The translations under genes and the position numbers were made by a program. The notes below the pieces were generated by a model. That model searched no databases, had not been told where the DNA came from, and saw only the letters and a list, made by a program, of their open reading frames with translations. 64,000 nucleotides of DNA from Candidatus Lloydbacteria bacterium (GTDB lineage Bacteria > Patescibacteriota > Minisyncoccia > Phycocordibacterales > UBA6899), in NCBI GenBank assembly GCA_043719805.1, contig JAYSTI010000001.1:151770-215769 (forward strand). The letters run 5' to 3'. Below, piece by piece: positions 8,293 through 18,483 of this stretch. The stretch's first letter is position 1, and every line of letters starts with the position of its first letter.

Positions 8293-10008
8293 TTATTGAC
8301 CGTTGTCTGGAATCGTATACTCATGCGCACTTCCCGCAGAATCACGAAAGACGGGTTGAACGAGGAGAGAATGAGCAACGGTTCCCGTCGCTACGATTAT
8401 CTCGTCTGAGAAAGGGAGCACGGTGTTTTGGTCGTTGGTCACCGAGACGGCAGCCTCGTGCGACGCGGAAGTGAGATTCGGGGTGAGTGCAGCACCGACG
8501 CCAGCGATGTAGGATACGGAATTTGTGACAAAAGAGGTGTTTCCAAGTGAACCAACGACGGCGAGCGCTCCGGTGCCGGCAAAAACAAGTGCAAAGGCGA
8601 GATTGAAGCCGACACTCTTTGCAAGCGGATACTTTTCGCGAAGTACAAGCTGATGTTCTTCGATTGTTATCGGCAACAACGAAGAAGCTTGTACCATGTC
8701 CTGCTGCATTACTCTCATCGACGGAACACTTCGCGTATCAGGCACGAGGGCCTCCGGTGCCACCACGGGCAACGCACCGATAGAAGCCACCGATACTCGT
8801 GGCGCATGCGGCACGACGAGAAACGGACGCTTAGGAAAAATAGTCGTCGAATGAGTTTCCGCATCTTCTGGTGCAACTTTTCCGGCAAATTTTTCCGGCA
8901 AAAAAACAACGACACGCCTATCTTCACCAAGCTCAGGAATGCCGGGGTGATGAATAGCGCTCGCCACGTCCGAAGAGGAGATGCCTGCGGTGGTATTCAC
9001 TACTCCACCCAAAACGGGAAAAAGTGGGAGATCCTCGTGGTGCGCACTTACATCGACGGATGTTTTAATCGGGTGGTAAGGCGACGCAAATGGTGTCGCA
9101 ACGACCAAGGGCTGCTCCTCACTTTTTACAGTAGAGACAGGTGCAGCGGGAAGCGTGTGACCGTCAAGAAGCATCGCGTCCCACTCATCATTTTTTGCTT
9201 CAACATGCACGGTCGTCACGTGTGGACGCGTAACACCAAGATGCACTACCGGGGAATGTAAATCGATTCCCACTTTGTCCGCCCCCGCCTTTAGCGACGA
9301 CATATGCACGGGTACGTCTGCACTACTTTTTTCTCTCTGCTCCGAAAAATTATCGGATGTACCCATAATGGGGACATGAGAAGAGGAATGCGGCGGTGCA
9401 GGTGGGGTCACTGCATTTGCCCACATTTTGGCCGCTCGCGCGGAGCTCAATTCGGCTTTTTTTTCTTGGTCCACTTGTGCTGCGGGGGCCGGTGCTACAT
9501 CAGTCGTCTTCTCTGAAACCGATGTCGGATTTGAGACTACGGCATGCCCGACTAAAGAAAATGGCGAGGTCCTCCCTCCTTGTGACACGGACTGATTCAC
9601 ACCCATAAAACTCGGGACAGGCTGAGTGATTCCTTCGGCTACTTTTTCTGAAAGAAGCATCTCCGCCTCGGCTGCGGCCGTTTCCTTTGTGCTTCGTTCG
9701 TTCTTCCTTTGCAGCAAAGACTCTGTGGGCACAGTGGGCTCTGATTGTGGTTCTAAAAGATTTTTTTCAACAAAATTGATATCCTCATAGGAAAGAAGAA
9801 TTGCATGAGTCTCAGCCAAAAGGGACGAAAGCTCGACGACAAATTCCCCGTGGTTCCAAAGTCGGTATTCCAACTTATTGAGACGACAAAGCCTCTCCAA
9901 ATATTCCTTGGTGTAGCCGGATATTTTTGCCCCAGTCTCAAGCGCGACGTATCGCTTCTCCTTCGCTTCATCAGAAAGCTGGGACAGAGTTTTGTTGCCG
10001 ACATCCAT
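8293..10008 (-). CDS. Membrane-anchored protein with N-terminal excisionase-like HTH, long disordered linker and C-terminal TM
   Basis: YVALETGAKISGYTKEYLERLCR matches an HTH_17-like pattern; Pro/Ser/Ala-rich middle; TM FNLAFALVFAGTGALAVV. Confidence 0.65.
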   Translation of the reverse strand: MDVGNKTLSQLSDEAKEKRYVALETGAKISGYTKEYLERLCRLNKLEYRLWNHGEFVVELSSLLAETHAILLSYEDINFVEKNLLEPQSEPTVPTESLLQRKNERSTKETAAAEAEMLLSEKVAEGITQPVPSFMGVNQSVSQGGRTSPFSLVGHAVVSNPTSVSEKTTDVAPAPAAQVDQEKKAELSSARAAKMWANAVTPPAPPHSSSHVPIMGTSDNFSEQREKSSADVPVHMSSLKAGADKVGIDLHSPVVHLGVTRPHVTTVHVEAKNDEWDAMLLDGHTLPAAPVSTVKSEEQPLVVATPFASPYHPIKTSVDVSAHHEDLPLFPVLGGVVNTTAGISSSDVASAIHHPGIPELGEDRRVVVFLPEKFAGKVAPEDAETHSTTIFPKRPFLVVPHAPRVSVASIGALPVVAPEALVPDTRSVPSMRVMQQDMVQASSLLPITIEEHQLVLREKYPLAKSVGFNLAFALVFAGTGALAVVGSLGNTSFVTNSVSYIAGVGAALTPNLTSASHEAAVSVTNDQNTVLPFSDEIIVATGTVAHSLLVQPVFRDSAGSAHEYTIPDNGQ

Positions 10009-10064
10009 GCGAATTAATATAACATAAATTTAATAAATTGCAAATATGCACACCGATCCAGCCA

Positions 10065-11471
10065 TCATCCGATTAATTTCTGAAAAAGTTCTCCCAGCAC
10101 TTTCGGATTTGCAGAGCCCTTTGACGCTTTCATTCCTTGCCCAACGAGATACTGAAGTGAGGCGGTCTTCCCCCCTTTAAATTCCGCGACCACCGCTTCG
10201 TTTGCAAGAATGACGTCTTTCACGATGACTTCGAGCGCTCCCATGTCGCTTTTTTGAATAAGTCCGTGCTTTTCCGCAATGTCACGAGGCAACCCGCCTT
10301 CTTTGTGCATTATGGCGAGCGTATCTTTTGCGCCACGCGAGGACACATCCCCGACATGAACCATGCGCATAAGTATCACGAATGTTTCGGGAGTTATTTT
10401 TCCAAGACCCACATCGCCGGCCTTCATCATCGACGCAAGATCGGAAGTGATGTAATTTGACGCGAGCTTGACGTGCTCCTTATCACCGGAGAGTTTTGTC
10501 GCGACATCCGCAAAGAACGTACCAATGACCGCATCAGTAACAAACATCTCTATTATAGAATCCTGAAAACCAAATTCTTTGGAGAGTCTTTCTCTGCGCT
10601 CCCACGGGAGTTCGGGCATTGTCACTTTCAAATTCTGAAATTCGAGAACTTCGGAAATATTCATTTTCGGAAGGTCAGGCTCTGGAAAATACCGATAATC
10701 ATTGGCACTCTCTTTCTTGCGCTGACTGAACGTTTTCCCCGCATTTTCATCCCATCCCCGCGTTTCTTGTACTATCTTTTCACCGCGACCAAGCACTTCT
10801 GCGTGTCGCTTAATCTCATACGCAATCGCATCGCCAACCGCCTTAAAAGAATTGATATTCTTCACCTCAACTTTTGTGCCAAATGTTTCTGTTTCAGAGA
10901 TGGAGATGTTCGCCTCAACGCGCATCTCCCCTTTTTCCATATTTGCGTCAGATGCACCGAGATAACGCAGAAGGAGTTGCAACTCTTTTGCAAAACGCAT
11001 CGCCGTCTCCGCATCATGAATGACGGGCTCGGTCACCAGCTCCATCAAGGGCACCCCCGCACGATTATAGTCGATGAGTGAGTAGTCGCCCTTGTCGTGG
11101 CGCGAGCTTCCTGTGTCCTCCTCCAGATGCACGCGGGTAATATCGACCCCGGCGAGTTTCCCTCCCAAAATAAGCGGGTAAAGATATTGACTGATCTGAT
11201 ACCCCTTAGGAATATCCGGATAAAAATAATTCTTGCGGTCCCATTCGGTAAAATCGGCGAGCTTTGAGCCCACTGCAGTGCCGACGCGAAGAACCTGAAG
11301 TACGGCCTTTTTGTTGATGACAGGAAGTGAGCCCGGCTGTGCGGTGCACACGGGACAAATGTTCCAGTTCGGTCGCTCCTCATCGGGGTCGTTTTTGCAG
11401 CGACAAAACATCTTGGTGTTCGTCTTTAGCTCCGCATGTATCTCAAGCCCAATTGTTGTTTTATATGCCAT
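10065..11471 (-). CDS. gatB: Asp-tRNA(Asn)/Glu-tRNA(Gln) amidotransferase subunit B
   Basis: IGLEIHAEL, RKNYFYPD, HLEED, NRAGVPLMELVTEP and DYRYFPEPDL motifs; start at MAYKT. Confidence 0.97.
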   Translation of the reverse strand: MAYKTTIGLEIHAELKTNTKMFCRCKNDPDEERPNWNICPVCTAQPGSLPVINKKAVLQVLRVGTAVGSKLADFTEWDRKNYFYPDIPKGYQISQYLYPLILGGKLAGVDITRVHLEEDTGSSRHDKGDYSLIDYNRAGVPLMELVTEPVIHDAETAMRFAKELQLLLRYLGASDANMEKGEMRVEANISISETETFGTKVEVKNINSFKAVGDAIAYEIKRHAEVLGRGEKIVQETRGWDENAGKTFSQRKKESANDYRYFPEPDLPKMNISEVLEFQNLKVTMPELPWERRERLSKEFGFQDSIIEMFVTDAVIGTFFADVATKLSGDKEHVKLASNYITSDLASMMKAGDVGLGKITPETFVILMRMVHVGDVSSRGAKDTLAIMHKEGGLPRDIAEKHGLIQKSDMGALEVIVKDVILANEAVVAEFKGGKTASLQYLVGQGMKASKGSANPKVLGELFQKLIG

Positions 11472-11483
11472 AGATTGTATAAC

Positions 11484-11594
11484 TTTCACAAACGGCGAAC
11501 TTCTTTGTTGTGGAGCCTCTCTCACTCAATCAACATATAGGAATATGTCCTCTTCGTTCGCTTCTCCACGCCGCGAATTTCATCTGTTTCTGAA
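11484..11594 (-). repeat. Dispersed hairpin element, family B, in the gatB 5' region
   Basis: Aligns with 16147-16258; minus-strand motifs CGCGGCG...CATAT-TCCT-ATATG...CAACAAAG. Confidence 0.8.
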
Positions 11595-11705
11595 CATTCT
11601 GCCGTGGCTAGCATTTTAGCACATTTGCACACCGGTTGACGTGTTGACAAAGTAACAATTTCTTGTAGTTTGTACGAAGAATCGCTCGGAACACATGGAG
11701 TAAGA

Positions 11706-12173
11706 ATGTCTGATAATCTGAAAATAAGGCTCATGCCACTGCTTGAGCAGGCACATAAGCTGAAGGATGCGGAGGTAACCCTTGAGATATTCGCTGATAA
11801 CGACCCGATGGTTCTCGAGTGGAAGAAGAACTTCGGCGTAGCACTTTCAGCAATAAGCGATGCGCTTCGCGAAGAATTTTTCACCGCAGTCACTTTCAAT
11901 CTTTCTCCATGGTGGCAGAATGTGGTTAGTAGTGGAGGCATCAAGCTTGACTACGACTATTTCGAAGACCCACTCCGTGGTCGTCACCACCACTTCGGCC
12001 TCCACTTTTCGGATTTCGTGAGGAAAAAAAGCAAAACTCCTTTGTATCAATTCGAATTGAGGCGTGTACTTCGAACCATTGCCCTCAACTTGAATGCAAT
12101 CCTAATCGAGCAAGGCGTCCCACTCTTTGTTTTCGTGGAAAAATTGACGCCGGCAGAAACGCGGATGACCTAA
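11706..12173 (+). CDS. Hypothetical protein
   Basis: TTGACA(11644)-16 nt-TAGTTT promoter, GGAG SD, and terminator AGCCCC-ACATC-GGGGCT-TTTT. Confidence 0.7.
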   Translation: MSDNLKIRLMPLLEQAHKLKDAEVTLEIFADNDPMVLEWKKNFGVALSAISDALREEFFTAVTFNLSPWWQNVVSSGGIKLDYDYFEDPLRGRHHHFGLHFSDFVRKKSKTPLYQFELRRVLRTIALNLNAILIEQGVPLFVFVEKLTPAETRMT

Positions 12174-12200
12174 GCTTCCCAGCCCCACATCGGGGCTTTT

Positions 12201-12698
12201 TTATTTTAAGCCACCCAGGACGCACACTGCATGCCCTTCAGGTCTCACGTCACGGTAGACAGTCTCTATTTCTCCATCAGCATCAATGACAAATGTTGAG
12301 CGGTTGATGCCCATGTATTTTTTTCCATACATACTTTTCTCAACCCATACCCCAAATTTTTCTGCAACCTCATGTCCATCATCCGAAAGCAGTGGGAATG
12401 TGATGCTCTCATTTTTGATAAACTTCAAGTGGCTTTCGATCGAGTCGGGGCTAACTCCAAATAGTTTGACACCGGTTTTTTCAAATTTTTCTGTGACTAC
12501 AGAGAACTCATGCGCCTCCGTGGTACAGCCGGGAGTCTGATCCTTAGGATAAAAATAAAGCACGTAGCGAGTACCCAAGAGGCTCGCCGATGAAACTATG
12601 TCTCCAGAGCTCGATGGAAGTGTAAACTCCGGAACCGCTTGTCCGATAAGTAGTGCGACGACTTGTGGCGACATTGCGAGACTGATATCTTCTTGCAT
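12201..12698 (-). CDS. bcp: Peroxiredoxin (Bcp/PrxQ)
   Basis: YFYPKDQTPGCTTEA; RSTFVID. Confidence 0.93.
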   Translation of the reverse strand: MQEDISLAMSPQVVALLIGQAVPEFTLPSSSGDIVSSASLLGTRYVLYFYPKDQTPGCTTEAHEFSVVTEKFEKTGVKLFGVSPDSIESHLKFIKNESITFPLLSDDGHEVAEKFGVWVEKSMYGKKYMGINRSTFVIDADGEIETVYRDVRPEGHAVCVLGGLK

Positions 12699-12805
12699 AT
12701 TAGCTACTTTATTATTTATAGATCGATAATAACATAATTTTCCGCGCAATTGACATGCACCTCTTTGTGGGTAGAATTCGTGTAGACACAATTCATGGAG
12801 ACATC

Positions 12806-13015
12806 ATGGACGCAGCACTTTTCGCTCAACTTGGCCCTTATGGTGGCATTTTGGCATTGGTACTTACCTTAGCCGTAAAATGGGTTTCGGGAAACAAGAG
12901 TGTAAGAAGACTGAAGAGACTCGAGCAACTTGTCGGCGGCTCTGGTAGTTCAGAGGAAAAACTAACTCAAGTCAAGCTGCGCTTTTTGGTCTGGGGGGAA
13001 GAAGACGGCAAGTAG
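12806..13015 (+). CDS. Small single-TM membrane protein (69 aa)
   Basis: TTGACA(12750)-16 nt-TAGAAT, GGAG SD, TM followed by a basic stretch, terminator CAGAC...GTCTG-TTTTTT. Confidence 0.65.
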   Translation: MDAALFAQLGPYGGILALVLTLAVKWVSGNKSVRRLKRLEQLVGGSGSSEEKLTQVKLRFLVWGEEDGK

Positions 13016-13153
13016 TGGTCAGCACAAAGCAGACAAAATGATTCGTCTGTTTTTTTGTTTTTAGATCACCCCTTGGCTTGTTTTTTTGAAACATCTGCAC
13101 AAATGCGTAGGCCGTTTGTTGAACAACGGCAAATATGGCGCTCGAGGGAACGC

Positions 13154-14209
13154 TTATTTTATTTTTTTAGATTTTTTTGGAGCTGCAATAATCTTTGGAG
13201 CCTCCACTCTCACGGGTTTTTCTTCTTCAACCTTCTTTTCTTTATCGCGAAGCATTTTCACAAATGCGTCAGCAAAAACTTTTATAGAGGCGTCGTCATA
13301 GATAGACATGAGGTAAACGGGTTTTTTGAGTTTTACCAATTTCTTGACCGCTGCTTTTTGAACCTCCTCGCTCACCATGTCGGTCTTCGTGAGGATAATT
13401 ATCTCGTCCTTCTCACCCAATTCTTTACTATAAGTTTCGAGCTCATTGCGAATCGTTTTGTATGCAGCAAGAACATCTTCATTCTCGAGAGAAACAAGAT
13501 GTGCAATCATTTTGGTGCGGTTGATATGGCGAAGGAATTTATATCCAAGCCCCTTCCCCTCTGACGCGCCCTCGATAAGTCCGGGGATGTCGGCGAGTAT
13601 GAATCCGTGAAATGCACCGAGGCTCGGCTCGAGTGTGGTGAACTCGTATGCACCCACCTTCACGTCGGCATTTGTAAGTACGTTTAAAAGCGAAGACTTC
13701 CCGGCGTTCGGGAACCCCGCAAATCCCACATCAACGAGGAGCTGGAGTTCGATATGATAATCTGCTTCCTCGCAAGGGTACCCCGGGCTCGTTCGGGTCG
13801 GCGCCTGTACAATAGAGCTTTTGTAATGCTCGTTTCCGAATCCTCCGTCTCCACCCTTGAGGAGCAGCAGCGGCTTGTCCTCGGAGAGAACGTGAACCAC
13901 CTTGCCGGTCGTAAGGTTCGTGAGTATTGAGCCGAGTGGGAATTTGAGTGTGAGGTCGTCGCCATTCCTGCCGTGCAAACTATCCTTTTTCCCCGCCTCT
14001 CCGTCTTCAGCGCTGAATTCTGTTTCGTGTCGATATTTGAAGAGAAGCCCCAAGTCGCGGGAGCCGATAACATAGACGGAGCCTCCACGCCCGCCGTCGC
14101 CACCTGATGGACCGGCAAATTCCTTCCCCTTTTCGTGACGAAAACGCTCGACGCCGGGGCCGCCCTTTCCTGCTCTGATGTGTACGTTTAGTTCATCGAC
14201 AAAAGCCAT
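13154..14209 (-). CDS. obgE: GTPase ObgE/CgtA
   Basis: Gly-rich Obg domain, GFPNAGKSS, FTTL, DIPG and TKTD; start at MAFVDE. Confidence 0.96.
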   Translation of the reverse strand: MAFVDELNVHIRAGKGGPGVERFRHEKGKEFAGPSGGDGGRGGSVYVIGSRDLGLLFKYRHETEFSAEDGEAGKKDSLHGRNGDDLTLKFPLGSILTNLTTGKVVHVLSEDKPLLLLKGGDGGFGNEHYKSSIVQAPTRTSPGYPCEEADYHIELQLLVDVGFAGFPNAGKSSLLNVLTNADVKVGAYEFTTLEPSLGAFHGFILADIPGLIEGASEGKGLGYKFLRHINRTKMIAHLVSLENEDVLAAYKTIRNELETYSKELGEKDEIIILTKTDMVSEEVQKAAVKKLVKLKKPVYLMSIYDDASIKVFADAFVKMLRDKEKKVEEEKPVRVEAPKIIAAPKKSKKIK

Positions 14210-14220
14210 GCTGTGTGATG

Positions 14221-15120
14221 CTACGCGAGAAGTGCAAGTTTCGCAAGGGCAAGCGCGCCTTCCCTCGTTTCCGTAACGGCAATGAATCCGCCGTTGTGGC
14301 AAAAGACTGAACCCTCGACTCCCGTCTTTTCTACGAGGTCTTGATCGCGATATCCCCTCCAACTTTCAGGAAGGGGCTTACGATTCGCAAAACCATGCAC
14401 GTCACTGCGAACGCATTCGACTTCCCAATCGGTACCAACGGACTTGGGCTTAACTACGTATAGCGCATCCTTGGTCTTCGAAAGGAAGCCTTGCCATGGA
14501 TATGCGCGATCGAGGAGGACGATGCGCTTATCTTCCGTATTTTCATATGCCAGCTTCACAAACGCAACACCCTCCTCTTCGTCTCGCGCGGAAATAATTT
14601 CTCTTTCAATAATATGGCGCGCCATTGGGAGCAGCTCCATAAAACGCTCATCAAATAAGGGTTCCTCTTTCCACGTTGGTCGCATCTTTACGAGAACACG
14701 ATGAATGAGGAATGGGTGCACATCGGGCCGAGTTGGGGCATAGACCTCTATGCCATTGTCTGCCAGGTCTATGGATGTCACCACCGCTTCATCGATATGG
14801 TCCCAGACGGACTGAGATTGCGTGAGTTCATTTCCGTGATGTTTCCAAACGAGTCCGAGTGCTGAGTATGGCACTCCATTTGCACGAGCTCCTGCCCCAC
14901 CATGCTGGTGGTGGTCATAACGCCCCGTCTTTGGGTCATAGACATTTCCCACATCAAGCACGTAGTCACCTGACTCCCACACCTTCGGATCGCGCGAGCG
15001 GAGTACTTCGGTATTCTCAACTCCATGGATAAGCTGGAGTACGGCAACAGCAAAAAGATCGTCCACGTGAAATGTACCGCTGTGCGTGACTATCCTAATC
15101 TTTTTTTCCTGAGTATCCAT
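14221..15120 (-). CDS. MYG1 family exonuclease
   Basis: THSGTFHVDD, LDVG, YDHHQ and FCHNGGFI motifs. Confidence 0.93.
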   Translation of the reverse strand: MDTQEKKIRIVTHSGTFHVDDLFAVAVLQLIHGVENTEVLRSRDPKVWESGDYVLDVGNVYDPKTGRYDHHQHGGAGARANGVPYSALGLVWKHHGNELTQSQSVWDHIDEAVVTSIDLADNGIEVYAPTRPDVHPFLIHRVLVKMRPTWKEEPLFDERFMELLPMARHIIEREIISARDEEEGVAFVKLAYENTEDKRIVLLDRAYPWQGFLSKTKDALYVVKPKSVGTDWEVECVRSDVHGFANRKPLPESWRGYRDQDLVEKTGVEGSVFCHNGGFIAVTETREGALALAKLALLA

Positions 15121-15146
15121 GTGTTCCGTATGATCTTATAAAAATC

Positions 15147-15518
15147 TTAATCTCTGTCACTTCCCCATTTGCCGTCGCTGCCGAGCACAATACGATTGAG
15201 TACGGTTGAAATGACCGAAACGATGAGTGCACCGAGCACCGCCCACCAGAATGTATCCACCTTGAATCCGTCGACGAATTTTGCCGCTATCCAGAACGTG
15301 AAGCCGTTCACAATAAATGAAAAGAGTCCGAGCGTGAGGAGTGTGATGGGAAATGAAAGTATCTTGAGTATCGGCCGAAGTGTCATGTTCAGTATCCCGA
15401 GGAAAAGCGCGGCCCATAATGCCGTCTGATAATTGGGGACATGTATGCCATGCAGATAGTTACCCACAAGGAATATTGCGAGCGCGTTGATGAGCCATTT
15501 CACAAGCAGTGTAAGCAT
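15147..15518 (-). CDS. YvlD / phage-holin-4 family membrane protein
   Basis: Four TM helices; LRPILKILSFPITLLTLGLF signature. Confidence 0.9.
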   Translation of the reverse strand: MLTLLVKWLINALAIFLVGNYLHGIHVPNYQTALWAALFLGILNMTLRPILKILSFPITLLTLGLFSFIVNGFTFWIAAKFVDGFKVDTFWWAVLGALIVSVISTVLNRIVLGSDGKWGSDRD

Positions 15519-15566
15519 ATAATGAGAGTATAGCACATCGGGAGGGGGCGAGGATGCATGCTCCGG

Positions 15567-16136
15567 CTACAACACTCCGAGTTTCTTCAATTCCCAGAAA
15601 CACCTTGCGGTTGCCTTAATGTCGTTTGCAGCGTTGTGCGCCTCGGTAAAATCTGTTCCAAAAAGCTTTTGGTGAAGCTCCGAGAGTTTTGCCCACTTGA
15701 GGCCATATTGCCCTTTCAGTCCGCAAAATTCTTTCGTTCCTTCCATGGTACAAATTTTGTCGATGGTATCGAGCTTGCTGTCTATTTGCGAACGGAGAAA
15801 TTCTGCACCGACGATCTTCTCATCAAAACTCATGTTGTGCGCAACGAGGGTGCTCGCGACGTTCATTGCGTCCTTAAACTTTCCAAGCACGGAAGAAATC
15901 TCCTCCCCTTCGGCAAGTGCGCGTGCGTTGGTGATGCCGTGTATACGCGCCGAATCCTCTGGGATGATAAATCCCTCCGGCTTAACAATAAAATTCCCAG
16001 CGCCGGTCTCTACGCCGCCCTCGTCATATGCAAGCCACGCTATCTGTACCAAACGAGGCCAATTGTCGAGGTCCGTCACTGGAGCCTTCCATGAACGAGG
16101 TAAACCTGTTGTTTCGGTATCAAAAAATAAATACAT
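15567..16136 (-). CDS. DEDDh 3'-5' exonuclease (DnaQ-like)
   Basis: FFDTETTG, AHNMSFD and HNAAND motifs; start at MYLFFD. Confidence 0.92.
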   Translation of the reverse strand: MYLFFDTETTGLPRSWKAPVTDLDNWPRLVQIAWLAYDEGGVETGAGNFIVKPEGFIIPEDSARIHGITNARALAEGEEISSVLGKFKDAMNVASTLVAHNMSFDEKIVGAEFLRSQIDSKLDTIDKICTMEGTKEFCGLKGQYGLKWAKLSELHQKLFGTDFTEAHNAANDIKATARCFWELKKLGVL

Positions 16137-16146
16137 TGTGAGGACG

Positions 16147-16258
16147 TTCCGCAAACGGCGAGCTTCTTCGTTGCGGAGCCTCTGCGTCTCGGTCACCGTA
16201 TAAGAATACGTCTTCCTCGCCGCTTTCTCCGCGCCTCGAATCTCATCCGTTTCTGTAA
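16147..16258 (-). repeat. Dispersed hairpin element, family B, in the exonuclease 5' region
   Basis: Minus-strand CGAGGCG...CGTAT-TCTT-ATACG...CAACGAAG inside a long imperfect inverted repeat. Confidence 0.8.
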
Positions 16259-16354
16259 GTCTTCTGTAGCATACTGCATTCTCCCTATTCTGAAAACAAA
16301 GACGGTTGGGCGTGGGGACTATACACACGCGCAAGTCGGCATATAATAAAACGC

Positions 16355-17416
16355 ATGGAAAAAGAAATCGAACGCTTGAGGGAGCTTGTCGGGCACTTTA
16401 CGTTTTGCCCGGACGTAGAATATATCGCCGACACGCAACCGTACGGGAACGGAAGGATTAATGATACATATCTCATCACCGCAGAATCCGGCAAGCAAGC
16501 AATCCTTCAGAGGGTCAACCCCATCTTCGCACCGAGTGTCCTTCACGATATCGACGCAGTCACTCGCCTCCTCTCGGGACGCGGCATCACAACAACAGAA
16601 CTGATTCCCACCAATGAGGGAGCATTGGGCTATGTAAAAAACGGCGAATGTTGGAGGATGCTCACCTATATCGAAGGGCGCACAAAGGAAAGCGGTGTCA
16701 CCGAAGACGAAGCACGTGATGCGATGCGCCTTATCGGACTTTTCCATCGCACATTTGCCGAACATCCATACGAGTTTCAGCACGCGCGGGTCGGTTTTCA
16801 CGACACGCCCTCTATTATGAACGACCTCAAGGAGACAGTGCTTGAATTCGCCGGAAGCAAAAATGACCATTCACTGCTCCCGATTGCCGGGGTTATACTC
16901 GAACGATTCCACAAACGACCGCTTGCGTGGGAAGACCTTCCGAAGCGCATCATTCATGGAGACTTGAAGCTGAGCAATGTCCGCTTCGCAAGCCATGAGC
17001 CGCGCGCAGTGGCCCTTATCGACCTCGATACGATTGGGCGCCACAATGTTGCCCTCGACGTCGCCGATGCAGCAAGAAGCTGGGCAAATAAAAGCAGCGA
17101 AGGCAATACACGGCAGGCAAACTTCGATCTGGATATTTTTAGCGCGATGATAGACGGCTATCGTACGCACACGGATTTTTTGGCCGAAAAAGAGTGGGTG
17201 GCCATACCTGGGGCTACGGCACAAATCGCCCTCGAGCTTGCAGCGCGATTCGTCACCGACGCGTATCGTGAATCATATTTCAAACTTGACCGCTCGCATT
17301 ATCCTGACCTCTTCACGCAAAACAGCACAAAGGCAAGTGCGCAATTCGCTCTCTTTGAGGACATCGAATCAAAACGCGAAGAAATGGACGATATCATAAA
17401 CAACCGAGGACGATAA
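16355..17416 (+). CDS. Aminoglycoside-phosphotransferase-fold kinase (N-acetylhexosamine-kinase-like)
   Basis: GNGRINDTY, ILQRVN, HGDLKLSN and LIDLDT motifs. Confidence 0.85.
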   Translation: MEKEIERLRELVGHFTFCPDVEYIADTQPYGNGRINDTYLITAESGKQAILQRVNPIFAPSVLHDIDAVTRLLSGRGITTTELIPTNEGALGYVKNGECWRMLTYIEGRTKESGVTEDEARDAMRLIGLFHRTFAEHPYEFQHARVGFHDTPSIMNDLKETVLEFAGSKNDHSLLPIAGVILERFHKRPLAWEDLPKRIIHGDLKLSNVRFASHEPRAVALIDLDTIGRHNVALDVADAARSWANKSSEGNTRQANFDLDIFSAMIDGYRTHTDFLAEKEWVAIPGATAQIALELAARFVTDAYRESYFKLDRSHYPDLFTQNSTKASAQFALFEDIESKREEMDDIINNRGR

Positions 17417-17480
17417 AAATATCGTATTCGATATTTTAAGCGTATTTTCAAAATTTTTTATCAAGGCTTAAACCTTAATG

Positions 17481-18323
17481 CTAAGGGATGCGGAGGGTCT
17501 GCCTGCGGACTATGATGAGCTTTTCCCGGAGGAGTTTTTCTATCAATATATTCAAGCGAGCAGCTACCAATTCGAGTTCTTTTTGCAACTTGGCTTTTGT
17601 GGTAGCCCCCACTATCAAACGAGCGATTATTCGCCCGCGATAAAAGCGGTCGGAGTGCGCAAATTTCTTCTGTGGTTTTTTATAAACAAAATCCTCTACG
17701 GGTCCGTGCAGTTTTTGAATCGGGCATGTCACTGAATGATTGCGCGCGGTGCAAAGCGTCGCACCAAGATCGAGCATCGCATAGTTCCACATTCTTCCCT
17801 TCCCCTTCGGGATGAGGGTCTTTGCAAATTCAAAAAGTTCTTTATCGCCGGGAATTTTTTTCTGAAAAAATACACGGACCAAAATACGGCGAATGTTCGT
17901 GTCAATCATCGGCTCGTCACGCACAAAGGCAAAAGCAAGGAGTGCGCCCGCGGTCGAAATTCCGATACCGGGAAGCTTCATGAGTTCTTCAAAATCGTCG
18001 GGAAATTTACCGCCATGTTCTGCAACAACCTTTTTTGCGCACTCATGCAGATATTTCGCGCGACGATTGTAGCCGAGTCCGGACCAGATACGAAGGACGT
18101 CTCCAAGATTGGACTCTGCAAGTATTCGGACTGTCGGGAATTTTTTTAAAAACTCCGCATACTTTGTCATTACACGCAGGACCTGAGTCTGTTGCAGCAT
18201 GACTTCAGAAACAAGAATGCGGTACGCATCATGCGTATCTCTCCAAGGCATCACGCGATAATTTTTCTTTTGCCATGCAAAAAGAGTGCTGTTGAACAAG
18301 CGTTTTTTCTCGGCAAGTGTCAT
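17481..18323 (-). CDS. mutY: A/G-specific adenine glycosylase (short MutY-like)
   Basis: MPWR, VSEVMLQQTQV, WSGLGYNRRA, HhH LPGIG and DTNIRR; start reassigned to MTLAE. Confidence 0.88.
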   Translation of the reverse strand: MTLAEKKRLFNSTLFAWQKKNYRVMPWRDTHDAYRILVSEVMLQQTQVLRVMTKYAEFLKKFPTVRILAESNLGDVLRIWSGLGYNRRAKYLHECAKKVVAEHGGKFPDDFEELMKLPGIGISTAGALLAFAFVRDEPMIDTNIRRILVRVFFQKKIPGDKELFEFAKTLIPKGKGRMWNYAMLDLGATLCTARNHSVTCPIQKLHGPVEDFVYKKPQKKFAHSDRFYRGRIIARLIVGATTKAKLQKELELVAARLNILIEKLLREKLIIVRRQTLRIP

Positions 18324-18483
18324 GATGGGATTCTCGCACATATTCCACAAAGAAAAAACCCGCTTGTTTGAGCGGGTTGTGCTTACTACGTCTACCGAGG
18401 GCGGGGAGCAAATTCTCCATTTGCACTTCGACCGAGTGAGGACGTGGACAAAAGCGGTATTCCGCGCGGCGCGTCGCGGGCTT

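Noticed and set aside
11472-16334. N-terminal extensions of gatB and the exonuclease in the ORF track
   Set aside because: They run through family-B hairpin elements; the conserved domains begin at 11471 and 16136.
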